Origin: Candidatus Pacearchaeota archaeon
GTDB taxonomy: Archaea; Nanobdellota; Nanobdellia; Pacearchaeales; GW2011-AR1
Assembly (NCBI GenBank): GCA_038869755.1
Contig: JAWCQN010000001.1
Coordinates: forward strand, 33,876 to 97,875
Length of the DNA: 64,000 nucleotides
Direction: 5' to 3'
This document shows, one piece after another, positions 9,445-19,230 of the stretch. The position numbers and the translations under genes were made by a program. Position 1 is the stretch's first letter. The number at the start of each line of letters is the position of its first letter. Below the pieces are notes generated by a model. It worked only from the letters and a program-made list of their open reading frames with translations, searched no databases and was not told the origin of the DNA.

Positions 9445-9836
9445 TCGTTGATGGAAAAAATGCTGTATTGGGAAGGTTGGCAAGTTATGCTGCTAAACAA
9501 TCCTTGCTTGGAAGAGAGGTGATTATTTTAAATTCTGAAGATGTTGTTATCATAGGTAATAAAAAAGATATTTTGAATAAATATCTTTCCCTAATAAAAA
9601 AAGGTGGTAGTAGCTTAAAGGGTCCAAAGATACCTAGGACTCCTGAGAGAATATTAAAAAGAACCATAAGAGGGATGCTCCCTCATAAAAAAGGTAGGGG
9701 AGAAAAATCAATTGATAACATAAAATGTTACAATAATATCCCCGAAGAGTTTAAGGATTCAAAAAAGATAACAGCTGGAAGAGTTAAAACTGGAAAATTT
9801 ATGAAATTGAGCGAGTTAGTTTCTTTAATAAAATAA
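9432..9836 (+). CDS. rpl13: 50S ribosomal protein L13 (uL13)
   Basis: IIVDGKNAVLGRLAS.AAK..L.G..V.I.N.E...I.G. Canonical L18e-L13-S9 order. Confidence 0.9.
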   Translation: MERIIVDGKNAVLGRLASYAAKQSLLGREVIILNSEDVVIIGNKKDILNKYLSLIKKGGSSLKGPKIPRTPERILKRTIRGMLPHKKGRGEKSIDNIKCYNNIPEEFKDSKKITAGRVKTGKFMKLSELVSLIK

Positions 9837-9843
9837 AGATAAA

Positions 9844-10257
9844 ATGGCTATAAAAGAAAAAACATTAATAGTTAGCGGAAAAAGAAAGACAAGTGTAGCA
9901 AAGGCAAGAGTAGTTCCTGGAAATGGAAAGATTTTTGTAAATAATATTCTATATAATAATCTCCCAAGGATACATAAATTATCAATAGAAGAACCGATGA
10001 GAATTGCAAAAAAAACACTTAAAAACTTTGATTTTAATATTGATATAAAAATTTCCGGTGGCGGAAGAGAAAGTCAGATAGAAGCTGCCCGTCTTGCACT
10101 CGCAAAGGCATTGGTTGAAAAATCAAAATCACAACAACTTAGGAAAGCCTTCTTGGAGTATGACAAACATCTTTTAGTAGCAGATGTAAGAAGAAAAGAG
10201 GCCTATAAACCGGGAGATTCAAAGGCTAGGGCTAAAAGACAAACAAGTTATAGATAA
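9844..10257 (+). CDS. rps9: 30S ribosomal protein S9 (uS9)
   Basis: GKRKTSVAKARVVPGNGKI.VN, GGGRESQIEAARLALAKAL, C-terminal ...RQTSYR. Confidence 0.9.
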   Translation: MAIKEKTLIVSGKRKTSVAKARVVPGNGKIFVNNILYNNLPRIHKLSIEEPMRIAKKTLKNFDFNIDIKISGGGRESQIEAARLALAKALVEKSKSQQLRKAFLEYDKHLLVADVRRKEAYKPGDSKARAKRQTSYR

Positions 10258-10261
10258 ATAC

Positions 10262-10690
10262 TTACACACTCTCACGTACAACCACGCCTAACTTTTTTTT
10301 AATAATTTCAAGATCTTTTTTAATATCCCTTATCTCTTTTTCAGCTTTTCGGTTAACAGCATAATCATATTCTGCCCTAAGCCTGTCTCTTTCACTAGCT
10401 CTGTTCTGGGACATCAAAATTATAGGGGCCTGTATAGCTGCCAGGCATGATAAAACTAAATTTAAAAGAATAAAAGGGTAGGGGTCAAATGCCTTACGGC
10501 CATATTGAACGAGAAAATAAGAATTTGTCAAAAACCATAAAAGAATTATGATTAAAAAAATAAAAATAAATGTCCAGCTACCACCAAATGAAGTTATAGC
10601 ATCGGCAGCTTTTTGGCCAAAGGTTAATTTCTTTCTTCCTTCAGCATGTGAAAGCTGTTTTGAATCTAAAAAGTTTCTTTTTATAACCAT
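10262..10690 (-). CDS. DUF1003-family membrane protein
   Basis: TFGQKAAD.ITSFGGSW.FI...FDPYPFILLNLVLS.LAAIQAPIILMSQNR..ERDR matches the DUF1003 pattern. Start set at the internal Met; the ORF is open to 10768. Confidence 0.6.
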   Translation of the reverse strand: MVIKRNFLDSKQLSHAEGRKKLTFGQKAADAITSFGGSWTFIFIFLIIILLWFLTNSYFLVQYGRKAFDPYPFILLNLVLSCLAAIQAPIILMSQNRASERDRLRAEYDYAVNRKAEKEIRDIKKDLEIIKKKLGVVVRESV

Positions 10691-10752
10691 TAAAATAATA
10701 AAAGAAAAATTATATATAAATATTGCCTTATTTTTATTAAGGGTGTAATAAA

Positions 10753-11220
10753 ATGAAAAATAAAACAATAAGGTTTTTTATAGGAATAATATCTATAATA
10801 CTATTCTTACTATTATATTATCTTGCCTCGTTTGAAAATAGTGTTGCAGAAGAAAAAATAGTGACTAAAATAATCGATGGAGACACAATAATAGTTGAAG
10901 GTGGAGAAACCATCAGGTTAATAGGTATTGATTGTGATGAAAAAGGCAGAGAATGTTATGATGAATCAAAGGAAAGAATAGACACATTATTATTAAATAA
11001 AAAAGTCAGGCTTGGAAAGGATGTTGAAAATAAAGATAGATATGGAAGAAGTTTGAGATATGTCTTCTTGGATAATGAAAATATAAACATTAAAATGGTA
11101 AAAGAGGGATATTGCATAGCCAGATTTGAAAGCAAGGATTCTAAATATAAAACAGATATTCAAGAAGCTGAAAAGTATGCGATTACAAATAAAGTGGGAT
11201 GTAAATGGAATCAAAATTAA
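10753..11220 (+). CDS. Membrane-anchored thermonuclease (staphylococcal nuclease/SNase-like)
   Basis: N-terminal TM, DGDTIIV...IRLIGIDCDE...GRSLRYVF, which is the SNase fold signature. Confidence 0.75.
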   Translation: MKNKTIRFFIGIISIILFLLLYYLASFENSVAEEKIVTKIIDGDTIIVEGGETIRLIGIDCDEKGRECYDESKERIDTLLLNKKVRLGKDVENKDRYGRSLRYVFLDNENINIKMVKEGYCIARFESKDSKYKTDIQEAEKYAITNKVGCKWNQN

Positions 11221-11711
11221 ATAAAAAAAGAAATTTAGCAGTAAGTTTAGCAGTGATTTTTTTAATTATATCATCGATTGGATTTGCTATTTTGAGTTTA
11301 ATGATAAAAAGTAATTTTAAAGAAAATAAAAAGTATCCTATAAATTCAAGAGAGATATGTTTTAATAAAAGCCAAATATGTTTTAACACAGAAATAGCTG
11401 ATACAGAAAATGAAAGAAAAATTGGCTTAATGTCAAGAGAGTATCTTGAAGAGAATAAAGGAATGTTGTTTATATTTCATAAAGAAGACAAATATGGTTT
11501 TTGGATGAAGGATGTGTTAATTCCATTGGATATAATATGGATTAATTCTGATCTTGAAGTTGTGCATATAGAAAAAAATGTGTTGCCCTGTAAGTCAGTA
11601 ATTTGCAATACCTATTTCCCTGATAAAAACTCTTTATATGTCCTGGAAATAAATGGAAATTTAACTGAAAAAAATATTATTTCTATTGGAGATAAAATTA
11701 TTTTTAGATAA
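11205..11711 (+). CDS. DUF192 (COG1430) family protein with N-terminal TM
   Basis: GLMSREYL..NKGMLFIF......FWMKDVLIPLDIIWI..D..VV.I is the DUF192 pattern. Confidence 0.6.
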   Translation: MESKLNKKRNLAVSLAVIFLIISSIGFAILSLMIKSNFKENKKYPINSREICFNKSQICFNTEIADTENERKIGLMSREYLEENKGMLFIFHKEDKYGFWMKDVLIPLDIIWINSDLEVVHIEKNVLPCKSVICNTYFPDKNSLYVLEINGNLTEKNIISIGDKIIFR

Positions 11712-11718
11712 ATATTTA

Positions 11719-12552
11719 TCATTTCATTAAACCATCCAATGGGCTTTTAATTTTTTTAAGTTCTTCTTTTGATATATGGGTATATATCTGAGTTGTTGAT
11801 AAATCGCTGTGACCCAATAATTCTTGAATAATTCTTATGTCTGTTCCATTTTCCAAGAGATGGGTTGCAAAACTATGTCTTAATGTATGGCAGGAAACTT
11901 GTTTTTTTATTCCAGCCTTTAACGAGAGAAATTGAACTATTTTCTGTATATTTCTCGAGCTTAATTTACCATTCGGACCTGAAAACAGGTATTCTTGTTT
12001 CATATTTTTTTGATTTTCAACCTGGCTTATCAAATCATTTTTTAGAAAATTCGGGATGTTAAAAATCCTGTCTTTTTTTCCTTTAGCCTGCCTTATAATT
12101 CCTATATTTTCATCAAACTGCAAATCTTCAATTTTCAAATTGATTAACTCAGAGACCCTCATACCAGCAGCGTATAATAAAGACAACATAAGTTTGCTTT
12201 TTTTTGTTTCGCATTTATCCAGTAAAACCTTAACTTCTTCCTTGGTTAAAACAGTTGGTATTTTTTTCTCTCTTTTAGGCCTTTTAATTCCAATAGTCGG
12301 ATCTGTTTTTAAAATATTTAAGTAGGCATATTTTATAGCAGACAAAAAAAGAATTATTGACATTGAAGATTTATTTGATAGTTTTTCTGACATGTATTTT
12401 TTAATATCATCTTCTTTTATTTCTTCCGGTTTTTTGCCTGTAAAATCCAAAAGTCCCATATTTGCACTAAGATAATTCCTAATAGTATATTCTGAATTTT
12501 TAGATATTTTTAATTCAATTTTCAGTTTTTCTAAAAAATCATTTTTATCCAT
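11719..12552 (-). CDS. xerA: Tyrosine recombinase, XerA/XerCD-like integrase
   Basis: Catalytic box HTLRHSFATHLLENGTDIRIIQELLGHSDLSTTQIYTH with the R..H..R..Y tetrad, and an N-terminal SAM-like core-binding domain. Start placed at the internal Met (ORF open to 12591). Confidence 0.85.
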   Translation of the reverse strand: MDKNDFLEKLKIELKISKNSEYTIRNYLSANMGLLDFTGKKPEEIKEDDIKKYMSEKLSNKSSMSIILFLSAIKYAYLNILKTDPTIGIKRPKREKKIPTVLTKEEVKVLLDKCETKKSKLMLSLLYAAGMRVSELINLKIEDLQFDENIGIIRQAKGKKDRIFNIPNFLKNDLISQVENQKNMKQEYLFSGPNGKLSSRNIQKIVQFLSLKAGIKKQVSCHTLRHSFATHLLENGTDIRIIQELLGHSDLSTTQIYTHISKEELKKIKSPLDGLMK

Positions 12553-13114
12553 TGTTATAATTTTTATATAATGCCAAAATATTATCTTCATTAATTATTT
12601 CGACTCTTTTTTTATGCTCCATTATTTCATGAAATGGTTTTGTGTAGAGATCGTGGGCTAAAATGTGGGAAATGTATATAATTTTAAGGCAATAATGCAC
12701 ATTGCCTTTCTTAATAAAATGATCAACTGAAAAAAGTTTAAATATTGTACTGAAACAGTCCATTAAAAATTCTTTGTGCCATGGCCTAATTATTCCATCA
12801 AAATAACATTTTATACCGCCAATTTTTTCCTGACAAGAATCCAAAAAATCTTGTATTAAATATGGGGCAACTAACTGAAGATTAGGCTGCATATTTCTTA
12901 AATTTCTATCAAAAAGAGTTGCAAACCTATAATCATTATCATGGCATTCATGAAACCACCTTAATAATTGATCCATATCCTTCCTATTTTTAAACTTTTG
13001 AATTTTCGAATCTGATACATTAAAAGAAAATGAAGCTACAATAATATCTCCTTTTCTATCTCCAGCGTGATTTAAGTCGTCAAAACCAATAATTAAGGTT
13101 TTATCCTCTAACAT
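12545..13114 (-). CDS. Hypothetical protein with a possible RNase H-like N-terminus
   Basis: The N-terminus LIIGFDDLNHAGDRKGDIIVA loosely resembles the RNase HII GIDEAGRGPV motif. Otherwise no recognisable family. Confidence 0.3.
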   Translation of the reverse strand: MLEDKTLIIGFDDLNHAGDRKGDIIVASFSFNVSDSKIQKFKNRKDMDQLLRWFHECHDNDYRFATLFDRNLRNMQPNLQLVAPYLIQDFLDSCQEKIGGIKCYFDGIIRPWHKEFLMDCFSTIFKLFSVDHFIKKGNVHYCLKIIYISHILAHDLYTKPFHEIMEHKKRVEIINEDNILALYKNYNNG

Positions 13115-13199
13115 CTAACACCTCTTTTATATTGTGCGAACATATTATTTAAAACTATGGTGTGTAAGGTTTTGTAAAAGATATAATTAGAAATTTTAA

Positions 13200-13652
13200 T
13201 TAGCTTATAATAATTGGCATTTCTTTTACACTCGACAAAATCAATTGGGTTTGAGTTCTTTCTACAAATTCATATGCTTGAACTGTCTTTAAGTAATTAT
13301 CCAGTTCTCTTCTGTTTTTGAAACGGGCAATAACCATAATATCAAATTCTCCTGTCAAATCATAAATTGCAGTAACATTTGGTGAATTAAAAAGTTTTTT
13401 TCCCACTACTACTTCTTGGCCCTGAGATACGCGAATATTAATTATAACATGGACCTCATATCCGAGTAAGTCGTAATCTACCAGAGTAGTATAAGCTTTC
13501 AAAATACCATTATTTTTAAACTCTTTAAGTTTATTAGATATGGTAGCAACAGAAACCTTAGATTCTTTAGCTAACTCTCTATAGGATTTCCTGGAATCTT
13601 TTATTAAAGTATTGAGTATCCTTTTCTCTGATTCGTTTATTGGCTTTTTCAT
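13200..13652 (-). CDS. Lrp/AsnC-family transcriptional regulator
   Basis: N-terminal HTH (ILNTLIKDSRKSYRELAKESKVSVATISNKLKEF..NGIL), C-terminal RAM domain. Confidence 0.85.
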   Translation of the reverse strand: MKKPINESEKRILNTLIKDSRKSYRELAKESKVSVATISNKLKEFKNNGILKAYTTLVDYDLLGYEVHVIINIRVSQGQEVVVGKKLFNSPNVTAIYDLTGEFDIMVIARFKNRRELDNYLKTVQAYEFVERTQTQLILSSVKEMPIIIS

Positions 13653-13781
13653 TGTTACTTGTTAAATTTATTAAAATATTAAAAAGGTATAATAAACAAA
13701 TATATAAATATTTGCTTTTTTTTAAACGTTTGTTTAAAAAAAAATGATAAATTATATAAAGAATAAAAATATTTTTTAGTT

Positions 13782-14066
13782 ATGAGAATTGAAGATGGGG
13801 TTATAACAAGCTCAGATATTCCAAGGCCAAGATCGTTACTAGATATTGCAATTGAGCTACATGGATTGGAAGATATTGGAAGCGAGTTATGGATGAGATA
13901 TGACTATGAAAAAGCAAATTTAAATAGCGAAACAAAAACGTCTGTAGATACCCTTGCTTATTATTTAATAAACGGCTTATATGAAAGTGCGAGACAATTG
14001 GTAGATATAAATAAATATCCTTACAATTTAAAAAGAAGAATATATGCTTTAAAGCCATTAAAATAA
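13782..14066 (+). CDS. Hypothetical protein
   Basis: 94-aa ORF immediately followed by the next ORF. No recognisable motif. Confidence 0.35.
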   Translation: MRIEDGVITSSDIPRPRSLLDIAIELHGLEDIGSELWMRYDYEKANLNSETKTSVDTLAYYLINGLYESARQLVDINKYPYNLKRRIYALKPLK

Positions 14067-14363
14067 ATGAAAAACCATATCATCAAAAAGCCGGAATTAG
14101 GAAGGTACCTCTTAAGTGCTGATGTAAATCAGGGAGATATTGTTTTTATTGAAAATACAGATAAGAGATATCTTGCTATCTATGTGGAAAAAAATAAAAA
14201 AGTTCTTTTAGCAAGCAGAAATGGGGTTTTGACTAATGGAATTAGCCAGATAGAGATAATTGCCTATGAAAAATCAAATATGCCTCCATCAAAAATTTAC
14301 CTTAAAATAGGTGATCCTGCATATGAGTTTCAGGATTTAAATCTTAAAAATGTTTGCCTTTAA
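14067..14363 (+). CDS. Hypothetical protein
   Basis: 98-aa ORF abutting 13782-14066 as a two-gene cassette. No recognisable motif. Confidence 0.35.
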   Translation: MKNHIIKKPELGRYLLSADVNQGDIVFIENTDKRYLAIYVEKNKKVLLASRNGVLTNGISQIEIIAYEKSNMPPSKIYLKIGDPAYEFQDLNLKNVCL

Positions 14364-14415
14364 AATTGCCTCTAATTTTTGGGAATATTTAAATATGTTT
14401 TTTTCGTTATAGAAT

Positions 14416-14838
14416 ATGATTGTCCAAGTAAATGTTAACTATTTAACTATTTTGATAGCAAGTGTTATTTCTTTTTTAATAGGAGTGTTATGGTATTCTC
14501 CATTATTATTTGGAAAATGGTGGGCTAAACTTACAGATACTGGCAAGAAACCAGTAATTGAAATGATAAAAAAGAAAGCCATAGTTGGTTGTTTAGTTGG
14601 GTTTTTAGCACAATTAGTAATGACATATGTTTTAGCACATTTTATTATATACGCAGATGCCATTACTTTAATAGATGGTGCCATAATTGGGTTCTGGACA
14701 TGGTTTGGTTTTGTAGCCACAATATTTTTAGGAATGGCATTATGGGAAAACAAACCGGCACAGCTATATTTGTTAAACTCTGGTTATTGGTTGTTATCGT
14801 TAATAGTTCAAGGAATGATCCTCTCTGTGTGGCAATAA
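14416..14838 (+). CDS. Hypothetical polytopic membrane protein
   Basis: 4 predicted TM helices. 140 aa. Confidence 0.45.
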   Translation: MIVQVNVNYLTILIASVISFLIGVLWYSPLLFGKWWAKLTDTGKKPVIEMIKKKAIVGCLVGFLAQLVMTYVLAHFIIYADAITLIDGAIIGFWTWFGFVATIFLGMALWENKPAQLYLLNSGYWLLSLIVQGMILSVWQ

Positions 14839-14986
14839 TCCATGCAAAAGCTTAAATACAGTGTTTTTCTGTAAAATATACCTGTTAAGGAAAGGAAATT
14901 AATCTAATTCTTACAGCAAAATAAACAGAATTGAAGCATGAAAAAATCAAGTAAAAATTCAATTATCGGGTATAAGGGAGGAAATC

Positions 14987-15184
14987 ATGGAAAGAAGATT
15001 TAGTGGTCCTAGAAAACACCCTGGTGGATTCAATAGAGGATTTAGACAGGGGTTCAGACCAAGGGAAATGCATAAAGCAGTTTGTGCAGATTGTAAACAG
15101 GAATGTGAAGTTCCATTCAAACCAAATGAAGGCAAACCAGTTTATTGTAGAGATTGCTTTCAGAAAAGAAAAGAAACAGCATAA
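14987..15184 (+). CDS. Small Arg/Gly-rich zinc-ribbon protein (CxxC-x17-CxxC)
   Basis: RGG-like N-terminus (GGFNRGFRQGFRP), CADCKQEC...CRDCF. Strong RBS AGGGAGGA upstream. Confidence 0.6.
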   Translation: MERRFSGPRKHPGGFNRGFRQGFRPREMHKAVCADCKQECEVPFKPNEGKPVYCRDCFQKRKETA

Positions 15185-15487
15185 ATAATTTTTTATTCTA
15201 AAGGTTTAATTGTGTTTTATTTTGTCTTTTTCAGATATTAACAACCCAATAAAAAAAAGAAGTAACAAGAAACTTGACGCCCAAATTATTATTAAGGTCA
15301 AGAATAAAAATAAATTTACAAGAAAATTTGAATTTATAACAATTAAAAATAGAAAAATCGAAAAAAATAAGATAATGGCCAAAAAAATATTCTTTGAAAT
15401 TTCCATTTTATATTATTGAAGAAATATTTATAATAATTTATGTCTTAAAAAAGATAGGTTTATTAAAACATAAACAAAAATAATATT

Positions 15488-15919
15488 ATGGCAATTGAAT
15501 TGATATTGATTGGAATTATTGTTTTCTTAGTAATAATGGTTTGGTTTATGTATAAAATTGGTATTCAAAAAGGAAGAAATGAGAAAGAAATTGAGTGGCA
15601 ATCAAACTTAATCAAATTAAGAAAAGATATAGCAGATAAACAAAGAGTTAACATAAAGGGCAGAGTGGCTGAAATATTTGCTCCTTTTTTAGAAGGGTTC
15701 CCGTACAAAGCGTCAGAGAGTAAATTTATAGGAGATCCAATAGATTACCTGGTCTTTGAAGGACTTGAGGAAAGGAATATAAGAGGAGTACATCTTGTTG
15801 AAATAAAAACAGACAAATCGCAGTTAAATAAAGTCCAAAGGCAAATAAAAGAAATTATAGAGAATAATGCTAATGATAAAATTAGCTTCAAGACATTTGA
15901 ATTTAAAACAACAATTTAA
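15488..15919 (+). CDS. Membrane-anchored putative PD-(D/E)xK-fold nuclease-like protein
   Basis: N-terminal TM, then a GDPIDYLVFEG...VHLVEIKT arrangement (D...E.K) compatible with a restriction-endonuclease-like fold. This is an inference. Confidence 0.35.
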   Translation: MAIELILIGIIVFLVIMVWFMYKIGIQKGRNEKEIEWQSNLIKLRKDIADKQRVNIKGRVAEIFAPFLEGFPYKASESKFIGDPIDYLVFEGLEERNIRGVHLVEIKTDKSQLNKVQRQIKEIIENNANDKISFKTFEFKTTI

Positions 15920-15935
15920 ATAAATTAATATTAAA

Positions 15936-16223
15936 ATGAAAATAAACAAGCTTTGGTTAAAATATGGGATCTTCTCTTTAATTATTGGAGTAATTTTACT
16001 GATTGTATTACTTTTAATTGCCCATTTTTGTCAGATAATAACAGGCAATAACCCTTACTGCAAGAATTTTATATTTCCTCTCCATCTGTTTGTTGAATTA
16101 TCAAAAATTCCTTCTGAAAAAATAGCATTTGGAATAGGAATTGTAATTATCTTGTTATTTTTTATGTTTATTGGAATAGTCATCGGATTAAAAAAGGGTG
16201 ATTTAAATTCACAAAGAGCATAA
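15936..16223 (+). CDS. Hypothetical membrane protein
   Basis: Two or three TM helices. 95 aa. Confidence 0.4.
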   Translation: MKINKLWLKYGIFSLIIGVILLIVLLLIAHFCQIITGNNPYCKNFIFPLHLFVELSKIPSEKIAFGIGIVIILLFFMFIGIVIGLKKGDLNSQRA

Positions 16224-16317
16224 GATAGTAACCATTATCCAGTATGACAGTATATAAATATAATTATTATATTAGTTATATTTTTCTCTATATATTATAT
16301 TTAAATATAAAAGACTG

Positions 16318-16542
16318 GTGAAAATATATAAAATGAAGGTGATGAAAATAAGCCAAAATCACGGCAAGATAACTAGAGAGTTGATCTCAAACTTTGGTCA
16401 GAATCTTTATAAGTATGATGAAGTAAAAACAGTCCTAATCAAAGTGAAATTTAAAGATGGGTGTGAAATTGGTTTTAAAAGAGATGAGGAAGAAGACGAA
16501 TTAGAAGAATTCTTTAAAGAGAAAAAAAGTTCTGGTAATTAA
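16318..16542 (+). CDS. Hypothetical small protein
   Basis: 74-aa ORF with an acidic C-terminus. Confidence 0.3.
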   Translation: MKIYKMKVMKISQNHGKITRELISNFGQNLYKYDEVKTVLIKVKFKDGCEIGFKRDEEEDELEEFFKEKKSSGN

Positions 16543-16574
16543 TAATTTAATTTTATATTTATTTCAAATTTTTC

Positions 16575-17252
16575 CTAAGAACATTCACCCTCTATGTAAT
16601 ATAAAACTCTTTCATCAGAACAGGCAACACATGAATTGGAGAATGTTTCTGGAACAGGATTACATGGTACTCTAATACACTCTATCTGCCTGTATCCACA
16701 AACTGGTTTGTAAATCTGAATACAATGTGGCATGTTTCTTTGTCCAGGGAGGCAGTTTATTTTATCTTTATTTGGAATGTTATTTGAAATAAGTGAGATT
16801 ATCAATTCAACTTGGGATGTATTTGACGGAACAATATCAAATCTTTTTCCTAAATTATCCAAAAGAGTTTTCATTCCATTAAAAGTAATTGATTCGTCAG
16901 CAGAGGTATTTGATATGGTATTATCCATTATAAATTCTAATTTATTATTTTGAAATTTATAAATTCCTCCATAAGTTTCAACACCATCAAAATCCTTTTC
17001 CTCCAACCCAGTGTAAAACTCCATAAGCATTACTGGAGAAAAACCCTCTATTGGCCTTCCTTTCTCTCTAATATACTTGTTTTGTATAGAATTAAAAAAA
17101 TAGCTGTAAATTTCTTCTGAAGTTCTGCCTGAAGAAGTTTGAGTTTTTTTAATTATAAGGTATGAGTTTATTACTAAAAGAATGAAAATTAAAAGCAGAA
17201 TGAAAACAATCACTACAATAATTGTTAAAAATTTAGTATTACTTTTAGCCAT
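16575..17252 (-). CDS. Exported Cys-rich protein (N-terminal TM anchor)
   Basis: N-terminal hydrophobic helix. C-terminal region with 10 Cys (CLPGQRNMPHCIQIYKPVCGYRQIECIRVPCNPVPETFSNSCVACS...). Confidence 0.5.
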   Translation of the reverse strand: MAKSNTKFLTIIVVIVFILLLIFILLVINSYLIIKKTQTSSGRTSEEIYSYFFNSIQNKYIREKGRPIEGFSPVMLMEFYTGLEEKDFDGVETYGGIYKFQNNKLEFIMDNTISNTSADESITFNGMKTLLDNLGKRFDIVPSNTSQVELIISLISNNIPNKDKINCLPGQRNMPHCIQIYKPVCGYRQIECIRVPCNPVPETFSNSCVACSDERVLYYIEGECS

Positions 17253-18549
17253 AACTTCTCTAATAACCTAGTTTATTTAAATTTAATCAAAAATCCAAAA
17301 ACAATTGGAATCTTTTTACTTTATTAAGAAAAGATTAAACATCATAGATTTTAAATAACTTGATTAAGATCTAAATACGAATAAAACTCTCTTTTAGTTT
17401 TAATTGGATTATTAATAGTGAGGATGGTTAAATTTTTTATATCAAATAATTTATTTTCTAATTCAGGCGTTAGTACTAATTATTCTCTTGACATTATAAA
17501 AATGAAAAAAAATAAAAAACTTTCATCTTGATGGGGAGAATTTTAAATTTATCATGGATGGTGTAGAAAACTGATATCAGGGTTAAAAAAAGAGGTAAAG
17601 TAGAAATTGTTTTTGAGTCTTATTGTAGTGTTGGAAAGTATGGGGGAGAGAAAATGGTGTGAAGAGTAAATTAATAGTTGAGGAGTTTTCTAAGAGATGT
17701 TTATTTAATTTTACAACTTAACCACTATCTTCTTCAAATTCATTATAATTAAGCACTACCAATATAAGTTAAATATTTTAATTATTAATTAAATATTTTA
17801 GACATGTTTTTTTAAGGAAGGATATTTTTGAAAAAGGAGTATTTTTCCTTCATTTTTAGAGTGCTGACAATATATCTTGTGCGTAATTTTAAGTGATTTT
17901 TAGCCTATTTTTAAGTTTTTTATGAATTTGTGCGAACTTTTTAGCTTATTTTTAGTGGTACTAAAAGTTTTAAGTATTAATTAAATATTTTAAGTATATT
18001 TTTTAAGCCAATTATATCATCTTCAGTCTTGATTTAAACTATCTATGTATTAAACTATCTACATATCTTGAGAATCTTGAGGCCATTCTTTTATTTCTTA
18101 TAACTATTTCATATAATTAAGACCATAACTATATTGTTTGAATTAGTTCGGATTATAACCTTAAAAAGAATAGCTATTACTCTAAGTATAATCCAAAAGG
18201 TTAGAAAGTGATGAAAAATTGTTAAAATAGAACATATTTGAATTTATGGTTTTTCATACAATCAAAAAAATACAAAAAAATATTTAGAATAACACCGAAA
18301 ATAATAAAAATAGGCTATGCTAAAACTTTTAAGCAAAGATTAAAATTTTTAATAAGCTTAGTTTAAATCTTGATTTAGAGAAGTATAAGAAATATAGTCA
18401 TTATTAGTATTATATATTAAGCCCCGAATATGTTGATTAAATCCAATTAGACTAAGTAAACTAAGTAAAAAATAAGAAAAAACCTAAAAAGTGTTTTATT
18501 CAAAATTTTAGCAAGAAACCGGTATTTTCCAGCTATTCAAAATAAAATT

Positions 18550-18717
18550 TTATTTTATTAGCTTGTAATTCCTTATAAGCTTGGCTATACCTATGACTAA
18601 AACTGCAATTGCTATCAGCCACGGATTATATATTGCCAACTGAGGCAACACATTGGCAGCTTCAAGCAAGAGCAATAGCCCTATAATAGTTACAAGCCAT
18701 GCAGTTAGTTTTGCCAT
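18550..18717 (-). CDS. Possible small hydrophobic protein (55 aa) inside the ORF-free region
   Basis: MAKLTAWLVTIIGLLLLLEAANVLPQLAIYNPWLIAIAVLVIGIAKLIRNYKLIK. Two TM helices. Not in the ORF track (<60 aa). Confidence 0.3.
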   Translation of the reverse strand: MAKLTAWLVTIIGLLLLLEAANVLPQLAIYNPWLIAIAVLVIGIAKLIRNYKLIK

Positions 18718-19169
18718 TTTCTCTCCTTTATATTTTCCATTTTTTTATGTGTTTTTTTGTGTGTTTTGAACTAATAAAACATGGCCAGCCTAATAATTCC
18801 TAAAAATCTTTACAAAAGAAATTTAGAGTAAAACCGATCGTGTAAATTAGGATATCCAACCTAATTTCAAACAATTTTTAGCTCTTTTTTAGCTTAATAA
18901 TCTTAATATTTTAGAGATTTTAAAGTTTTCTAATTTTGATTGTACGAACTTAAGAGGAATTAATAAACCTGAAGAAACAGACTAATTTTTGTCGAGTTAA
19001 TTTTTTAAAAATGAATTTTTTTAAATAGTTAATTAAAAAAATAACAAAAAATATTTGTTTAAGCGATTTAAAAAAACAGAAAAACCTTATTTTTTGTTAA
19101 ATGTTCTGTGTTAACCTTTACTATTATTTGACTATTTTTGAACATCCTTAGTTTTTATTTTTATCGACG

Positions 19170-19230
19170 ATAAACAGCTGTTTAAGGCTGTTTAAACAGC
19201 TGTTTAAACAAAAAATGATGGTGTTTAAAC
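19170..19230. promoter_or_regulatory. Cluster of palindromic iteron-like motifs (AAACAGCTGTTTAA / GTTTAAAC), about 120 bp upstream of the wHTH gene
   Basis: GATAAACAGCTGTTTAAGGCTGTTTAAACAGCTGTTTAAAC ... GTGTTTAAAC. The same core recurs inside the downstream ORF at about 19611-19625. Confidence 0.45.

Noticed and set aside
15206-15419. Overlapping ORFs 15206-15406 (-) and 15210-15419 (+) from the six-frame track
   Set aside because: Low-complexity Lys/Ile/Phe-rich translations of an AT-rich intergenic spacer that mirror each other on opposite strands. No RBS or start context. Most likely non-coding.
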